Source: an uncultured virus (IMG/VR IMGVR_UViG_3300027985_001212) (lineage: Duplodnaviria > Heunggongvirae > Uroviricota > Caudoviricetes). From it: a stretch of 20,000 nucleotides of DNA. Positions 8,016-16,648 of the stretch are shown one piece after another. Within the stretch, counting starts at the first letter, position 1, and every line of letters begins with the position of its first letter. The notes under the pieces were generated by a model that worked only from the letters and a program-made list of their open reading frames with translations, was not told where the DNA came from and ran no database searches. The position numbers and the translations under genes are program-made. The stretch lies in IMG/VR virus record IMGVR_UViG_3300027985_001212, one strand, 5' to 3'.

Positions 8016-8522
8016 ATGACTAATATTAAACGCCCGATCCTTTCCACTAAACACCGCACGCAGTATCAGCAACGCATGGATGCGCTGTATAAACTGTTGG
8101 AAAAGGAGATCGACACGTATGTCGCACGTGTGTCCCGTGGCGCGCCCGAATCCATCGTGACGGAGCTGAAGGCGTTCTTCGCCCAACGGGATATCATGCT
8201 GATGATGATCAATCAGCTCGATGATGCAGTCGCCGAACTGGCGACTGAAATGGGTTGGGGGAACTTTATTATTCAGTTGAAAAATCGCCCGACTCCGGGT
8301 GAGCTGAAACAGATCTTCGATAAGATCTTCAGCACCGAGGTCATCGGGACCAAGGTGATGTCGATTCTGTTTGAAGTCAATGCGGACGTCCCCCCCGATA
8401 TGTCCGATGAACCTCCGATAAAAGGAGAATGGCCTATGGTAATCCCCCAGGTAGAAGATGGGGCGTTGTATGCAATGGCGGTACGCAACCAGGGTTTCTG
8501 GGCGCGCCGGTTCTGCTTCTAA
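8016..8522 (+). CDS. Hypothetical protein, 168 aa
   Basis: Strong AAGGAG SD, flanked by hairpins on both sides. Helical N-terminal half; no recognised motif. Confidence 0.7.
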   Translation: MTNIKRPILSTKHRTQYQQRMDALYKLLEKEIDTYVARVSRGAPESIVTELKAFFAQRDIMLMMINQLDDAVAELATEMGWGNFIIQLKNRPTPGELKQIFDKIFSTEVIGTKVMSILFEVNADVPPDMSDEPPIKGEWPMVIPQVEDGALYAMAVRNQGFWARRFCF

Positions 8523-8530
8523 CGTGAATA

Positions 8531-8559
8531 CCCCCTCTTCCCTTAATGGGAAGAGGGGG
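8531..8559 (+). terminator. Hairpin, probable terminator or processing signal
   Basis: CCCCCTCTTCCC-TTAAT-GGGAAGAGGGGG, a 12-bp stem just after the stop at 8522. The T-rich tract (8578-8595) is displaced downstream. Confidence 0.65.
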
Positions 8560-8650
8560 GTTACACTATCCATTATGTTTTTCTTTGTTTTTTTGGGCTG
8601 ACCGAGACCTAATCCTATAGTCTCCACTACTGTTAACCGGGAGCAATACC

Positions 8651-10204
8651 ATGCCACGGACACCCTATGCCATCACGGATACGGACCAGACGGTCGTACG
8701 TCCGATCATCTTTGCGGTCACGCGGGACCTGTGCCGTGCCATCGGCATCGGTAATGCGAAAACACTACCGGACATTCAATACAAAGGTGAAACCCTGGCG
8801 CTGCCGACCCGAAACGGGACCATCGATGAAGAGGCGCGGGATATCTATAACCGAGAATCCAATATCACCTTAGAAGCCAATATCGAGCCTGTGTTGGAGG
8901 ATGGTAAAAACCAAGCCCCCGGGCGTAACCAGGAACCCTTTCTCTTCCAAGACAGCGCCCTTGGGGTATTTGTGCGACCTGTCCACACCTCGAAGCAGGT
9001 TATCTTGACCATTGAATACCGCGCTAATACCCCGCGGGAGATGCAGACCTGGCTTAACCAGATGCGTGTGTATGCCCAAGCAGGGCGTGATCAACTGCAC
9101 CATACCGTTAAGTATCACTACAATATCCCCAGCATGATCAAGTTCACCCTCTACAAGTGCTGGGAACTACGGGAAGCCGTAGAAGGGTATGGGGATACCT
9201 TTGCGGACTGGTTTAAAGGGAACATGACCCCGAGCATGACGCAGGTCGCCAATATTTCAGGCGGTGCACCACAGGCCGTTATCAGTGAATCACAGATCGA
9301 TATTCAGGGGACCTTTAACTTTGTGGCGGCACCCGATCGCCCTGAAGTATCGGAACGCAATGGTGCCTCAGTTGCCCGGTTTGAATACACCTTTCGGTTT
9401 GACCATCCGGACATGATGGTCATATCTCACCCTATTCTGATTCATAACCAACTTCTCCCCGCCCCGCTCATCCAACCGCCAGAGTCGTTTGACTTTGCAA
9501 CCTTCGCTAGTCACGGGACGTTGTTTCAAGAAGCGTTCTATTCCTTAGGGGGGCGGATCCTAGCACCTAACGGCGGAAACGGCTTGGTGATCCCGACAGG
9601 GGATGACTGGCTATTACCCTATCGCCCTACGGGGTATTATCCTGTCGTACGGTTTTTGCAACAGATTGACCCCGCCGATCCAACCTTCATTATGAACTTA
9701 CGGGACATCGGCAGCGTCTTTACGTTTAACGATGCGTTATTAGCGTTTTCCGAACGCCAATATGCCGCACTGACTGTGATCCATGATACACCGCTTCTTT
9801 TCCTGCTCTATGATGGTGATGGGTGTTATTTTGCTAGCGCTGTCACGATCGACAGTAATTTAGACCTGCGCGCCGCCGCGCCGTTATCATTACGCGGGGT
9901 GTATCATGTACAGGTCTTCTGTCTCGGCGAAATGAGTCGGTTACCGACGTTTATCCAGGAGGACTTGCGGTGTCACCCGCAAGCACTGCAAGCGATCTAT
10001 GAATTTCTAACCAACACCCCCCTCACCTTACCCGATTTACTAGGGAACGGGTGTTTGACCAAGGATGCGTATAATGACATTATCGCTAGTGTCGACCCCG
10101 TAACCCGCGTCGGCCAACGGCCCATCAATGGGTATACGCCCGGTCGTCCGGCCTGGGTGATGCGGACGGTTAACGTCAGCAGCATTGTAACGCTGCGTAA
10201 ATAG
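8651..10204 (+). CDS. Virion structural protein (phiKZ gp98-like), 517 aa
   Basis: GGAG SD. Motifs VRPII, FLFQDSALGVFVRPV, HTVKYHYNIP, FEYTFRFDHP and PILIHNQL. Gene order matches phiKZ-like structural modules as recalled. Confidence 0.65.
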   Translation: MPRTPYAITDTDQTVVRPIIFAVTRDLCRAIGIGNAKTLPDIQYKGETLALPTRNGTIDEEARDIYNRESNITLEANIEPVLEDGKNQAPGRNQEPFLFQDSALGVFVRPVHTSKQVILTIEYRANTPREMQTWLNQMRVYAQAGRDQLHHTVKYHYNIPSMIKFTLYKCWELREAVEGYGDTFADWFKGNMTPSMTQVANISGGAPQAVISESQIDIQGTFNFVAAPDRPEVSERNGASVARFEYTFRFDHPDMMVISHPILIHNQLLPAPLIQPPESFDFATFASHGTLFQEAFYSLGGRILAPNGGNGLVIPTGDDWLLPYRPTGYYPVVRFLQQIDPADPTFIMNLRDIGSVFTFNDALLAFSERQYAALTVIHDTPLLFLLYDGDGCYFASAVTIDSNLDLRAAAPLSLRGVYHVQVFCLGEMSRLPTFIQEDLRCHPQALQAIYEFLTNTPLTLPDLLGNGCLTKDAYNDIIASVDPVTRVGQRPINGYTPGRPAWVMRTVNVSSIVTLRK

Positions 10205-10218
10205 AGGAGTTTACGACC

Positions 10219-11553
10219 ATGCCCATTATTGAACAGATTGATCCCATCGTCGAACAGCCCGAGATTACCCCTGAAATCCATTCATTGGATTACCGTGATG
10301 CGACTGTGGATAACCGCTTCACCCCTATCGCCACGGTATTGACTCGCATCGACGGTGCCCCGTGGCCGGTGGATTTCTATCGGTGTATCCTAGGGGCGGA
10401 TGAAGTCCCGCGTCCGTATGACGCTACGCAACCCGCCTATTTGCAAAGCTACCATGAGATAAAAGGGCTGGAGCTGCGCGTATCAACCCCCCTGACCCCT
10501 ACCGGGACGGGCGATGCGATTGAAGGGGAAGCGATCGTCTATCCTTTTATCGTCCCTAACCCCTACGATATCTTTATCGCCGACCGAGGGGAGGGCATCG
10601 CGGCGGCCATTGTGGTGAATACGGTTACCCCGCTGACGCTCTACCGTGAAACCTGTCACCGCATCACCTATACGCTGTTCGCCGATGTCGACCAGGCCTT
10701 CCGCACGGCGTTAGCGGCTAAGGTTACGTTACGGTCTACCTTCCGTCATGACTTTATGGCGTTGGGACAGAACCCCGTTATCGATGATGAAGCGTTAACC
10801 CATTACCTGGCACTGGAGTCCGCAGAACATGCGCTGGTGACCCAGCATTTAGGTCAAGCCTTGGATTATCAGCTTCAAACACTGGTCGTACCCTGTGACC
10901 AAGGTACGGTGTATGATCCGTACTACACCGAGGCCATCCGTCAGGCCGTCGATACTACTGAGACGGCTGCGCTGCGCAAAATTCGCGTGTTTGACTGTGG
11001 TGGCAGTGAAGCAGACGATCGTCTCGTGTTATGGGATATGCTGGCCGCACAAGACACCGCGCTGCTGCCCTTGATCGTACCCAAGTTGTTTCTAGTCCCG
11101 CGACGGTATTACCTGGGCGGGATGGTTCGGTCGGGGCTCGCTTTTTCGGAGGTGAAATATGGGCTGTACCCCGCCGATCTCCCGCTGTTTGGAATAGATT
11201 TGAGTCAGATCGGGGTCCCCTTGACAGCCACAGAGCAGGTGGTGACAGAGACCAGCCGCTCAACCGCCTTAAAGGCCTTAGCCGGCCTCACCGATACCGA
11301 TGAACAAAACGATCTGGTATACAACGTTGATGCCGATGCTTACTATGTATTTAGCGAGGCGTTCTATTTCGGTGACCGTCCCAATATGAGTATTTTGGAA
11401 CAACAGGTCTTCAATCTATTGGAGCGTAAGCCGGTGGATCAGGCCTTGATTCTAACGGCAATCAAAAGCCTGGCGTTCTGGCGTCCACTAGAACGGTTCT
11501 ACTACACGCTGGTATTACTGTACCTGGTACGGTATGCCCGCACACGTTATTAA
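10219..11553 (+). CDS. Virion structural protein (phiKZ gp99-like), 444 aa
   Basis: GAGGAG SD. Motifs IDGAPWPVDFY, QSYHEIKGLELRV, PNPYDIFIAD, YYVFSEAFY and LERFYYTLVLLYL. Confidence 0.7.
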   Translation: MPIIEQIDPIVEQPEITPEIHSLDYRDATVDNRFTPIATVLTRIDGAPWPVDFYRCILGADEVPRPYDATQPAYLQSYHEIKGLELRVSTPLTPTGTGDAIEGEAIVYPFIVPNPYDIFIADRGEGIAAAIVVNTVTPLTLYRETCHRITYTLFADVDQAFRTALAAKVTLRSTFRHDFMALGQNPVIDDEALTHYLALESAEHALVTQHLGQALDYQLQTLVVPCDQGTVYDPYYTEAIRQAVDTTETAALRKIRVFDCGGSEADDRLVLWDMLAAQDTALLPLIVPKLFLVPRRYYLGGMVRSGLAFSEVKYGLYPADLPLFGIDLSQIGVPLTATEQVVTETSRSTALKALAGLTDTDEQNDLVYNVDADAYYVFSEAFYFGDRPNMSILEQQVFNLLERKPVDQALILTAIKSLAFWRPLERFYYTLVLLYLVRYARTRY

Positions 11554-11564
11554 GGAGCCTATCC

Positions 11565-12170
11565 ATGGCCAATGCAGATAAAATTATCGAACTTTTCTAT
11601 ACCCCCTACCCCGTGATGGTCACGGAAAAAGCGATGTTAGCCATGCGAGGGGATGATGGCAATGGTCGAGTGACCTCAGGGTCCGTCGAAGACGATTTGG
11701 CCGTATTGGACGTGAGCTGTAAACGTATGTTACCGATCTGTCCGCGGGATGATAAACCGGCCTCGATCTTATTAGCCATGGAGCAAGGCATAGGCCCGAT
11801 CCGGTTATGTAATCCCGACCAGATCATTACGATCTACGAAGATGTAGAAGCACACGTCAATGCCTGGTTGTATGGGGATGAGGCGTTCTGGCGCGCCCAT
11901 AAACCGATGGACGACCTGATCCGTATGGCAGCCTTTTTGGACGCGATTCAAGTACAATACCAACGTAAGAAAGGTAATTTCAGTATCAGCCCCAACCTCG
12001 CGTTCAGTGCCGTGGGGACCGGGAATGGGCTGGACAGTATCGAGAAGGCCATTTTGGAACGTCAGTACACCATGAACCGTACGGATGCCGCCAAGAAAGA
12101 AGCGGTGCCCGATAAGGCGCCGACGCGTTTACTGGATGACCTGTTGAAGACTGTGTTTTCAGAAGGGTAG
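11565..12170 (+). CDS. Conserved hypothetical or virion-associated protein (position of phiKZ gp100), 201 aa
   Basis: AAGGAG SD and tight operon spacing. IYEDVEAHVNAW...PMDDL motif. Confidence 0.6.
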   Translation: MANADKIIELFYTPYPVMVTEKAMLAMRGDDGNGRVTSGSVEDDLAVLDVSCKRMLPICPRDDKPASILLAMEQGIGPIRLCNPDQIITIYEDVEAHVNAWLYGDEAFWRAHKPMDDLIRMAAFLDAIQVQYQRKKGNFSISPNLAFSAVGTGNGLDSIEKAILERQYTMNRTDAAKKEAVPDKAPTRLLDDLLKTVFSEG

Positions 12171-12175
12171 GGATT

Positions 12176-13531
12176 ATGGACTTTCAGCAATCATTGATCT
12201 TTAATGAGTTCAAGGCGATTGCCGCCGCAGGGGACACGGGGGCCCGGTGGGGTTACAGTGTGGCCTTATATGCCAGTGGTGTAAAGGTGAATCTTTTCGG
12301 GATTCAACAGATTGTAACCGAAGCCGATTACACCCGGGCCTTTCGTGATAAGATGAAGATCGACGTCGTCCTGTCCGAAGGCGAGTATCTGTATACCCTA
12401 CTCCCCAACCGCCGCCAGTTAACGCTCACCTTGGTACGCACGGCCTTGACCGAACAAGGAACGGCCCTGCGTGTCGATGGTGAAACACAGATGTTACCCT
12501 TTAACGCCTACCTTAACGACGCAGGCGGCCCAGAAGACCCCAACGTGCTCTTTGGCGGCGAGTTTCATCGTACCGCTAAGGAAGCTGACCTCAACGGTGT
12601 CCGCCGCGTACGGCTCGAATTGGTAGATCCTATCGCGATGGCGATTCAAGGCTGGTCGATGGGGGTTAATTTCCGCAAGAGCACGTTATTAAAGGCGCTC
12701 CGGGGATTGGTTCATCATTTTGGGGGACTCGCGGCCCAATCCGTCGGGTACAATCTCATCGGCGCACAGATTGATCCCCCTAAAAATACGGCTACCTATA
12801 ATCACATCCTCTTTCCCCACGGTACGTTGTTGATCGATGCTCTTGATTTGCTCCACCGTGATAAGGGGGTTTACAGCAGTGGTTTTTCGCACTACTATCA
12901 CCAACAATACTGGTATGTATTCCCCCTGTACGATGTGACCCGGTACAGTACCCACCAACGCACCTTGACCATTTACAATATCCCGCCCAATAAACTGCCC
13001 CATATTGAGCGAACGTTTCGTCGGATTGGCAAAGCTGTCTCGGTGCTATCGACCGGACTCGTGTCACCGGTCGACGATACGGAGTTTGCGCAACTTAACG
13101 GCGGAAACGGTGTGCGGTACGCCGATGCGGGTCGGTTGATGGACACGTATGTCACGGGGTCCAATGGCCGGGCTCAGATCGATGCCTCTCAAAACATTAA
13201 CGAGTTTATTACCGATCCTCGGGCAGATGGGTTTGAACAGGTACGCTCCCCGCAGCGGCTGACCGCCAATCAGTTTTATCAGACCAGTAAGCTGGCCGCC
13301 ACGATGGTTCAGACCTATCGGGTGGTTTGGGAGAATTCAGACCCATCCGTACTCTATCCGGGGATGCCGGTGCGGGTGATTCAAATGCGCGATGGGGAGC
13401 AGGAAGTATTCGAAGGGATCTTGGCAGGCGCGCAGCATATTACGAAAAGTGATGGGCTTTTCTCACACAGTCAGATCTTTACCTCCAACTCAGAACTCCA
13501 CTGTTATTTGAGTAAAACACCCCAAGCATAA
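12176..13531 (+). CDS. Virion structural protein (phiKZ gp101-like), possibly a baseplate or tail-hub protein, 451 aa
   Basis: Motifs GVYSSGFSHYY, WYVFPLYD, LTIYNIP...IERT, GNGVRYADA and WENSDPSVLYPGMPV. The hub role is an inference from the beta-rich pattern. Confidence 0.65.
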   Translation: MDFQQSLIFNEFKAIAAAGDTGARWGYSVALYASGVKVNLFGIQQIVTEADYTRAFRDKMKIDVVLSEGEYLYTLLPNRRQLTLTLVRTALTEQGTALRVDGETQMLPFNAYLNDAGGPEDPNVLFGGEFHRTAKEADLNGVRRVRLELVDPIAMAIQGWSMGVNFRKSTLLKALRGLVHHFGGLAAQSVGYNLIGAQIDPPKNTATYNHILFPHGTLLIDALDLLHRDKGVYSSGFSHYYHQQYWYVFPLYDVTRYSTHQRTLTIYNIPPNKLPHIERTFRRIGKAVSVLSTGLVSPVDDTEFAQLNGGNGVRYADAGRLMDTYVTGSNGRAQIDASQNINEFITDPRADGFEQVRSPQRLTANQFYQTSKLAATMVQTYRVVWENSDPSVLYPGMPVRVIQMRDGEQEVFEGILAGAQHITKSDGLFSHSQIFTSNSELHCYLSKTPQA

Positions 13532-13533
13532 CC

Positions 13534-13567
13534 GCATGCCTTCCTGCTGAAGTGCAGGAAGGTGTGT
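13534..13567 (+). terminator. Hairpin ending the structural operon
   Basis: CCTTCCTGC-TGAAGT-GCAGGAAGG (13539-13562), extendable by 5 bp with G-U pairs. Directly after the stop at 13531; no U tract. Confidence 0.55.
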
Positions 13568-13632
13568 ATCAACGTAAAGTAACACGTGTTCAAAATATGC
13601 TGTAGCACATACGGACTATTGAATAAGGAGTA

Positions 13633-14268
13633 ATGCGGATGGCCTTTTTCTTTAACGTCGAAGGGATCGATGGGAGCGGTAAGACCAGTGTTCTCGAAGC
13701 GATCATGGCCTGGTATCGTCAACAGGATGAACCGCTTCAATTATCACTCGAACCTGGCGGCCCACCCATTGCGCAAGCGATCCGTGAAGTGATCCTCGCC
13801 GATTACCCGACCGATGACTTTAGTGGCATTACAGAAGCCCTGCTGTACAGTGCTTCACGCCACCAGAATTTCAAGAACATCATCCTGCCGGCACTGGATG
13901 CCGGAGTCGACGTCTTGACGTCACGTTTTGCGGATTCGACACGAGCCTATCAAGGCTATGGGCGTGGGGTCAGTCTGGACATTATCGATCAGCTAGAAGC
14001 GATCGCCAGTCTGCGGCTTAAACCCACGCTAACGTTTGTACTGGATGTCGAGCCGTCCGTCGGGTTGGCCCGTGTCTATAATGCCCGGAACATCGATCGT
14101 TTAGAGTCAAGTCCCCTGGATTTTTTTGTGCGTTGCCGTAACGGATTCCTGGAGACAGCGCGCACTAACCCCGCCCGTTATCATATCGTCGATGCCGGTC
14201 AGCCGCTGGAGACTGTGACGGCTGAAGTTATCGGTCACATCGCGGCGTTAAAAGGTAAAACCCCATGA
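13633..14268 (+). CDS. tmk: Thymidylate (dTMP) kinase
   Basis: P-loop EGIDGSGKTS, EPGG, EALLYSASRHQ, RFADSTRAYQGYGRG, PTLTFVLDV and DRLE. The true start may be ATG 13639, given the AAGGAG at 13625-13630. Confidence 0.95.
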   Translation: MRMAFFFNVEGIDGSGKTSVLEAIMAWYRQQDEPLQLSLEPGGPPIAQAIREVILADYPTDDFSGITEALLYSASRHQNFKNIILPALDAGVDVLTSRFADSTRAYQGYGRGVSLDIIDQLEAIASLRLKPTLTFVLDVEPSVGLARVYNARNIDRLESSPLDFFVRCRNGFLETARTNPARYHIVDAGQPLETVTAEVIGHIAALKGKTP

Positions 14269-15995
14269 ATGACTACCCGGTTGAACATGAACCGCAAGAT
14301 ACGCATGAAGAGTACGATGAGTATACCTACAAAGCCGCCTTGCCGGTCACGTTAGACGTTGGGCTTTGTATTCGGGAATTATCGAATGTCCTGGCGCAGA
14401 TGTCGGTTGACCCGATCCCGCTTATCGCGATCCACGAGCCAGAAGGGACCGAGTGTGAGGCTAGAATCAGCGCGAAAGGTATTACGCAATATCGGTTTTA
14501 CGACCGTCTGTCCGGCACGTGGATCAGTAGCGCTATCCCGGATGCACTGGAACAGCAATGGCGCCACGCGATCCACCGTGAAACACTGGACGCCGTTATC
14601 ATCAGTGGTATCGAAACCCGTAATGGGGAAGTCGTGATCATGAAGGCGATCCCGGACGACAAACGTCTGTTTAATCGCCGGTTTTCCGCTACCCTCGCCC
14701 ACTTGAAGGACTGTGGGTTTAGTGTAAGTCACTGGTGTTTTATCAAAAAACTTGACCCCCCGAATATCTTTACCTCTATGTCTGGCGGTTACCGTATTTT
14801 TCCAGATGACTATACCGTGGCGCTACAGGCGTTGCTGCGGGCGATCGGTAAAGCGGGGGTCGACGGGATCCGGGTAGCGCTGGGCCACACGCCTCCCACA
14901 GGCGCTGTTCGGGTCGTCTCTGCTATCGTCGCCCAGACTGAAGCCGACGGCATTATACGGCCATACGGGGTTGTTCAACCCATGGTCCTTAATCAGCACT
15001 ATATTGACCGCGTGCCGCTGGGTGACTGGCGCTTAGCCAATCATTTACTGCGCACACAAAGTCGTTTCATGGTATCTGAGGACCATCAAACGATTCAGCT
15101 GATGGGATCTGAAACCCCCGACCCCGATATCCCGCCGCTTGCAGGGCACCTTAAAGTGCCGGACGAAATACGCCCGCGCCAATGTCCACGGTGTCACCAA
15201 CCTACCCGGTGGGGCACGCCCACACTTGCCCCTTGGGGGGAAACAGTAAGCGCCGCCACTGACCTCAACGTCTACTGTACGAATTCTCACTGTGCCGCTA
15301 CGCTGGTAAAACAAGTGCAGCGGTTATTATCCCCCATTGGGTTGGGGTGTTCTCGCGTAACGCGGCGTGAAATTGAACTCCTGGTCGACGCCGGCCTTAT
15401 CGTACACCCGACCGATATTCTGTTCCTCGACTACGCCGAAGCGACCGGTATATTGAGTGACGTGGTTACCCACGTACGCGGTAAGATGACTGGAAAACGG
15501 ACCCTCACGGCTGGCCGGGCGTTATACGCCCTCTCAATACCCGGGGTGACCCCAGGCATCGCGGCGTTAATCGACACTCTCCCGTCACTGGAGACATTAG
15601 ACCTCACCGACCCGGTCATTAAGCGCCACCAGAAGGTATTACGCGTTGCTGGTGACCTGTTAGAAAACGAAACCTTCATTCAGCAGTATAGTAATATCTT
15701 CGAAACGCTACAACTGGATATTATCGAAGATACTGAACACCGCGGAAAAGGTATGCGGCCGTTGATGGGTAAAACCATTGGCATCCTAGGACCCTTTAGT
15801 CGTCTATCGGTCAGTGAGATCGAAGACGAACTTAAACTCCAGGGCGCGGTTGTGTACACGTATCTGGACCCTGCATGTGACTACTATTACAGTGAACGTC
15901 TGGTAGAAGCGCACGAGATGCCCCAGGACATCCCCAAACACTCACTCGAAGAACTGTATCAAACCGTGGATCGTATCCTCCCTCCCTGGGATTGA
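14265..15995 (+). CDS. Degenerate NAD-dependent DNA ligase (LigA)-like protein, probably catalytically inactive, 576 aa
   Basis: LigA domain order: motif-IV-like DGI, OB-fold-like segment (DGIIRPYGVVQPMVL), Cys4 Zn finger (CPRC...YCTNSHC), HhH repeats (LVDAGLIVHPTDILFL; LYALSIPGV) and BRCT (LMGKTIGILG...ELKLQGA). No KxDG. ATGA overlap with tmk. Confidence 0.75.
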   Translation: MNDYPVEHEPQDTHEEYDEYTYKAALPVTLDVGLCIRELSNVLAQMSVDPIPLIAIHEPEGTECEARISAKGITQYRFYDRLSGTWISSAIPDALEQQWRHAIHRETLDAVIISGIETRNGEVVIMKAIPDDKRLFNRRFSATLAHLKDCGFSVSHWCFIKKLDPPNIFTSMSGGYRIFPDDYTVALQALLRAIGKAGVDGIRVALGHTPPTGAVRVVSAIVAQTEADGIIRPYGVVQPMVLNQHYIDRVPLGDWRLANHLLRTQSRFMVSEDHQTIQLMGSETPDPDIPPLAGHLKVPDEIRPRQCPRCHQPTRWGTPTLAPWGETVSAATDLNVYCTNSHCAATLVKQVQRLLSPIGLGCSRVTRREIELLVDAGLIVHPTDILFLDYAEATGILSDVVTHVRGKMTGKRTLTAGRALYALSIPGVTPGIAALIDTLPSLETLDLTDPVIKRHQKVLRVAGDLLENETFIQQYSNIFETLQLDIIEDTEHRGKGMRPLMGKTIGILGPFSRLSVSEIEDELKLQGAVVYTYLDPACDYYYSERLVEAHEMPQDIPKHSLEELYQTVDRILPPWD

Positions 15996-15999
15996 ATAG

Positions 16000-16018
16000 A
16001 TTTTCAGTCCTGTATTAC
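16000..16018 (+). promoter_or_regulatory. Candidate phiKZ-type early promoter
   Basis: ATTTTCA-gtcc-TGTATTAC, 7/8 match to TATATTAC. Intergenic, upstream of the ORF at 16139. Confidence 0.55.
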
Positions 16019-16044
16019 CTGTCTGGTACAAGACCGGACAGGTA
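16016..16044 (+). other. Hairpin overlapping the candidate promoter
   Basis: TACCTGTCTGGT-ACAAG-ACCGGACAGGTA, a 12-bp stem with one G-U pair. Confidence 0.6.
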
Positions 16045-16138
16045 TACTTACCCTCTCTTTTATCCGTTTACGACCTACCGTACAACGGTGACGGTAACTC
16101 CCTTAAATCACTTCTATCAACCGTAAGGAATTACGCTA

Positions 16139-16606
16139 ATGAGCAAGCAATTTACTATCAACGTGAAAAGTCGCCAGATCGGTAACCTGTGGAAAATACT
16201 GCACGATGTGCGGATGACCAACACCTTTTACCGTATCGGCTCCGCACCTTTAACCGCACGCCCTAAGGGCTCCGTCGTCGCCCATCTGTGGTATCCGTTC
16301 AGCCAAACGGCTGACCTGACGGGTATGGTGAGCTCGCTTAATGACCTCACCTTGGACGATACGACCGTCTCGGTAACGGTCGATAAGCCCGCGGCGCTGA
16401 AACAACTCAAACGTGAAGTCAACGCCGCTATCCGCGGCATTCTCGCCAGTCTCATCGGTGGTGCGCAGTCAGCGGACTATAGTTACCAGCTAAAAGCGCT
16501 GGAGCCGACCCCGACCCATGCGGCCACTATTGCCTTCTATGTCCGCATTAACAGCGTCCCGAGCAGCGCCTGGACACTGTACATCATCGATTTTGATGTA
16601 CAGTGA
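16139..16606 (+). CDS. Hypothetical protein, 155 aa
   Basis: TAAGGA SD, clean ORF, no recognised motif. Confidence 0.7.
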   Translation: MSKQFTINVKSRQIGNLWKILHDVRMTNTFYRIGSAPLTARPKGSVVAHLWYPFSQTADLTGMVSSLNDLTLDDTTVSVTVDKPAALKQLKREVNAAIRGILASLIGGAQSADYSYQLKALEPTPTHAATIAFYVRINSVPSSAWTLYIIDFDVQ

Positions 16607-16648
16607 GATTAGTGTAGTACCAATGGATGACCAAAACGAGGAACGTTC

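Noticed and set aside
7995..8663. 222-aa minus-strand ORF
   Set aside because: It shadows the plus-strand gene 8016..8522, which has a strong SD and flanking signals. It also runs through a hairpin and a low-complexity tract.
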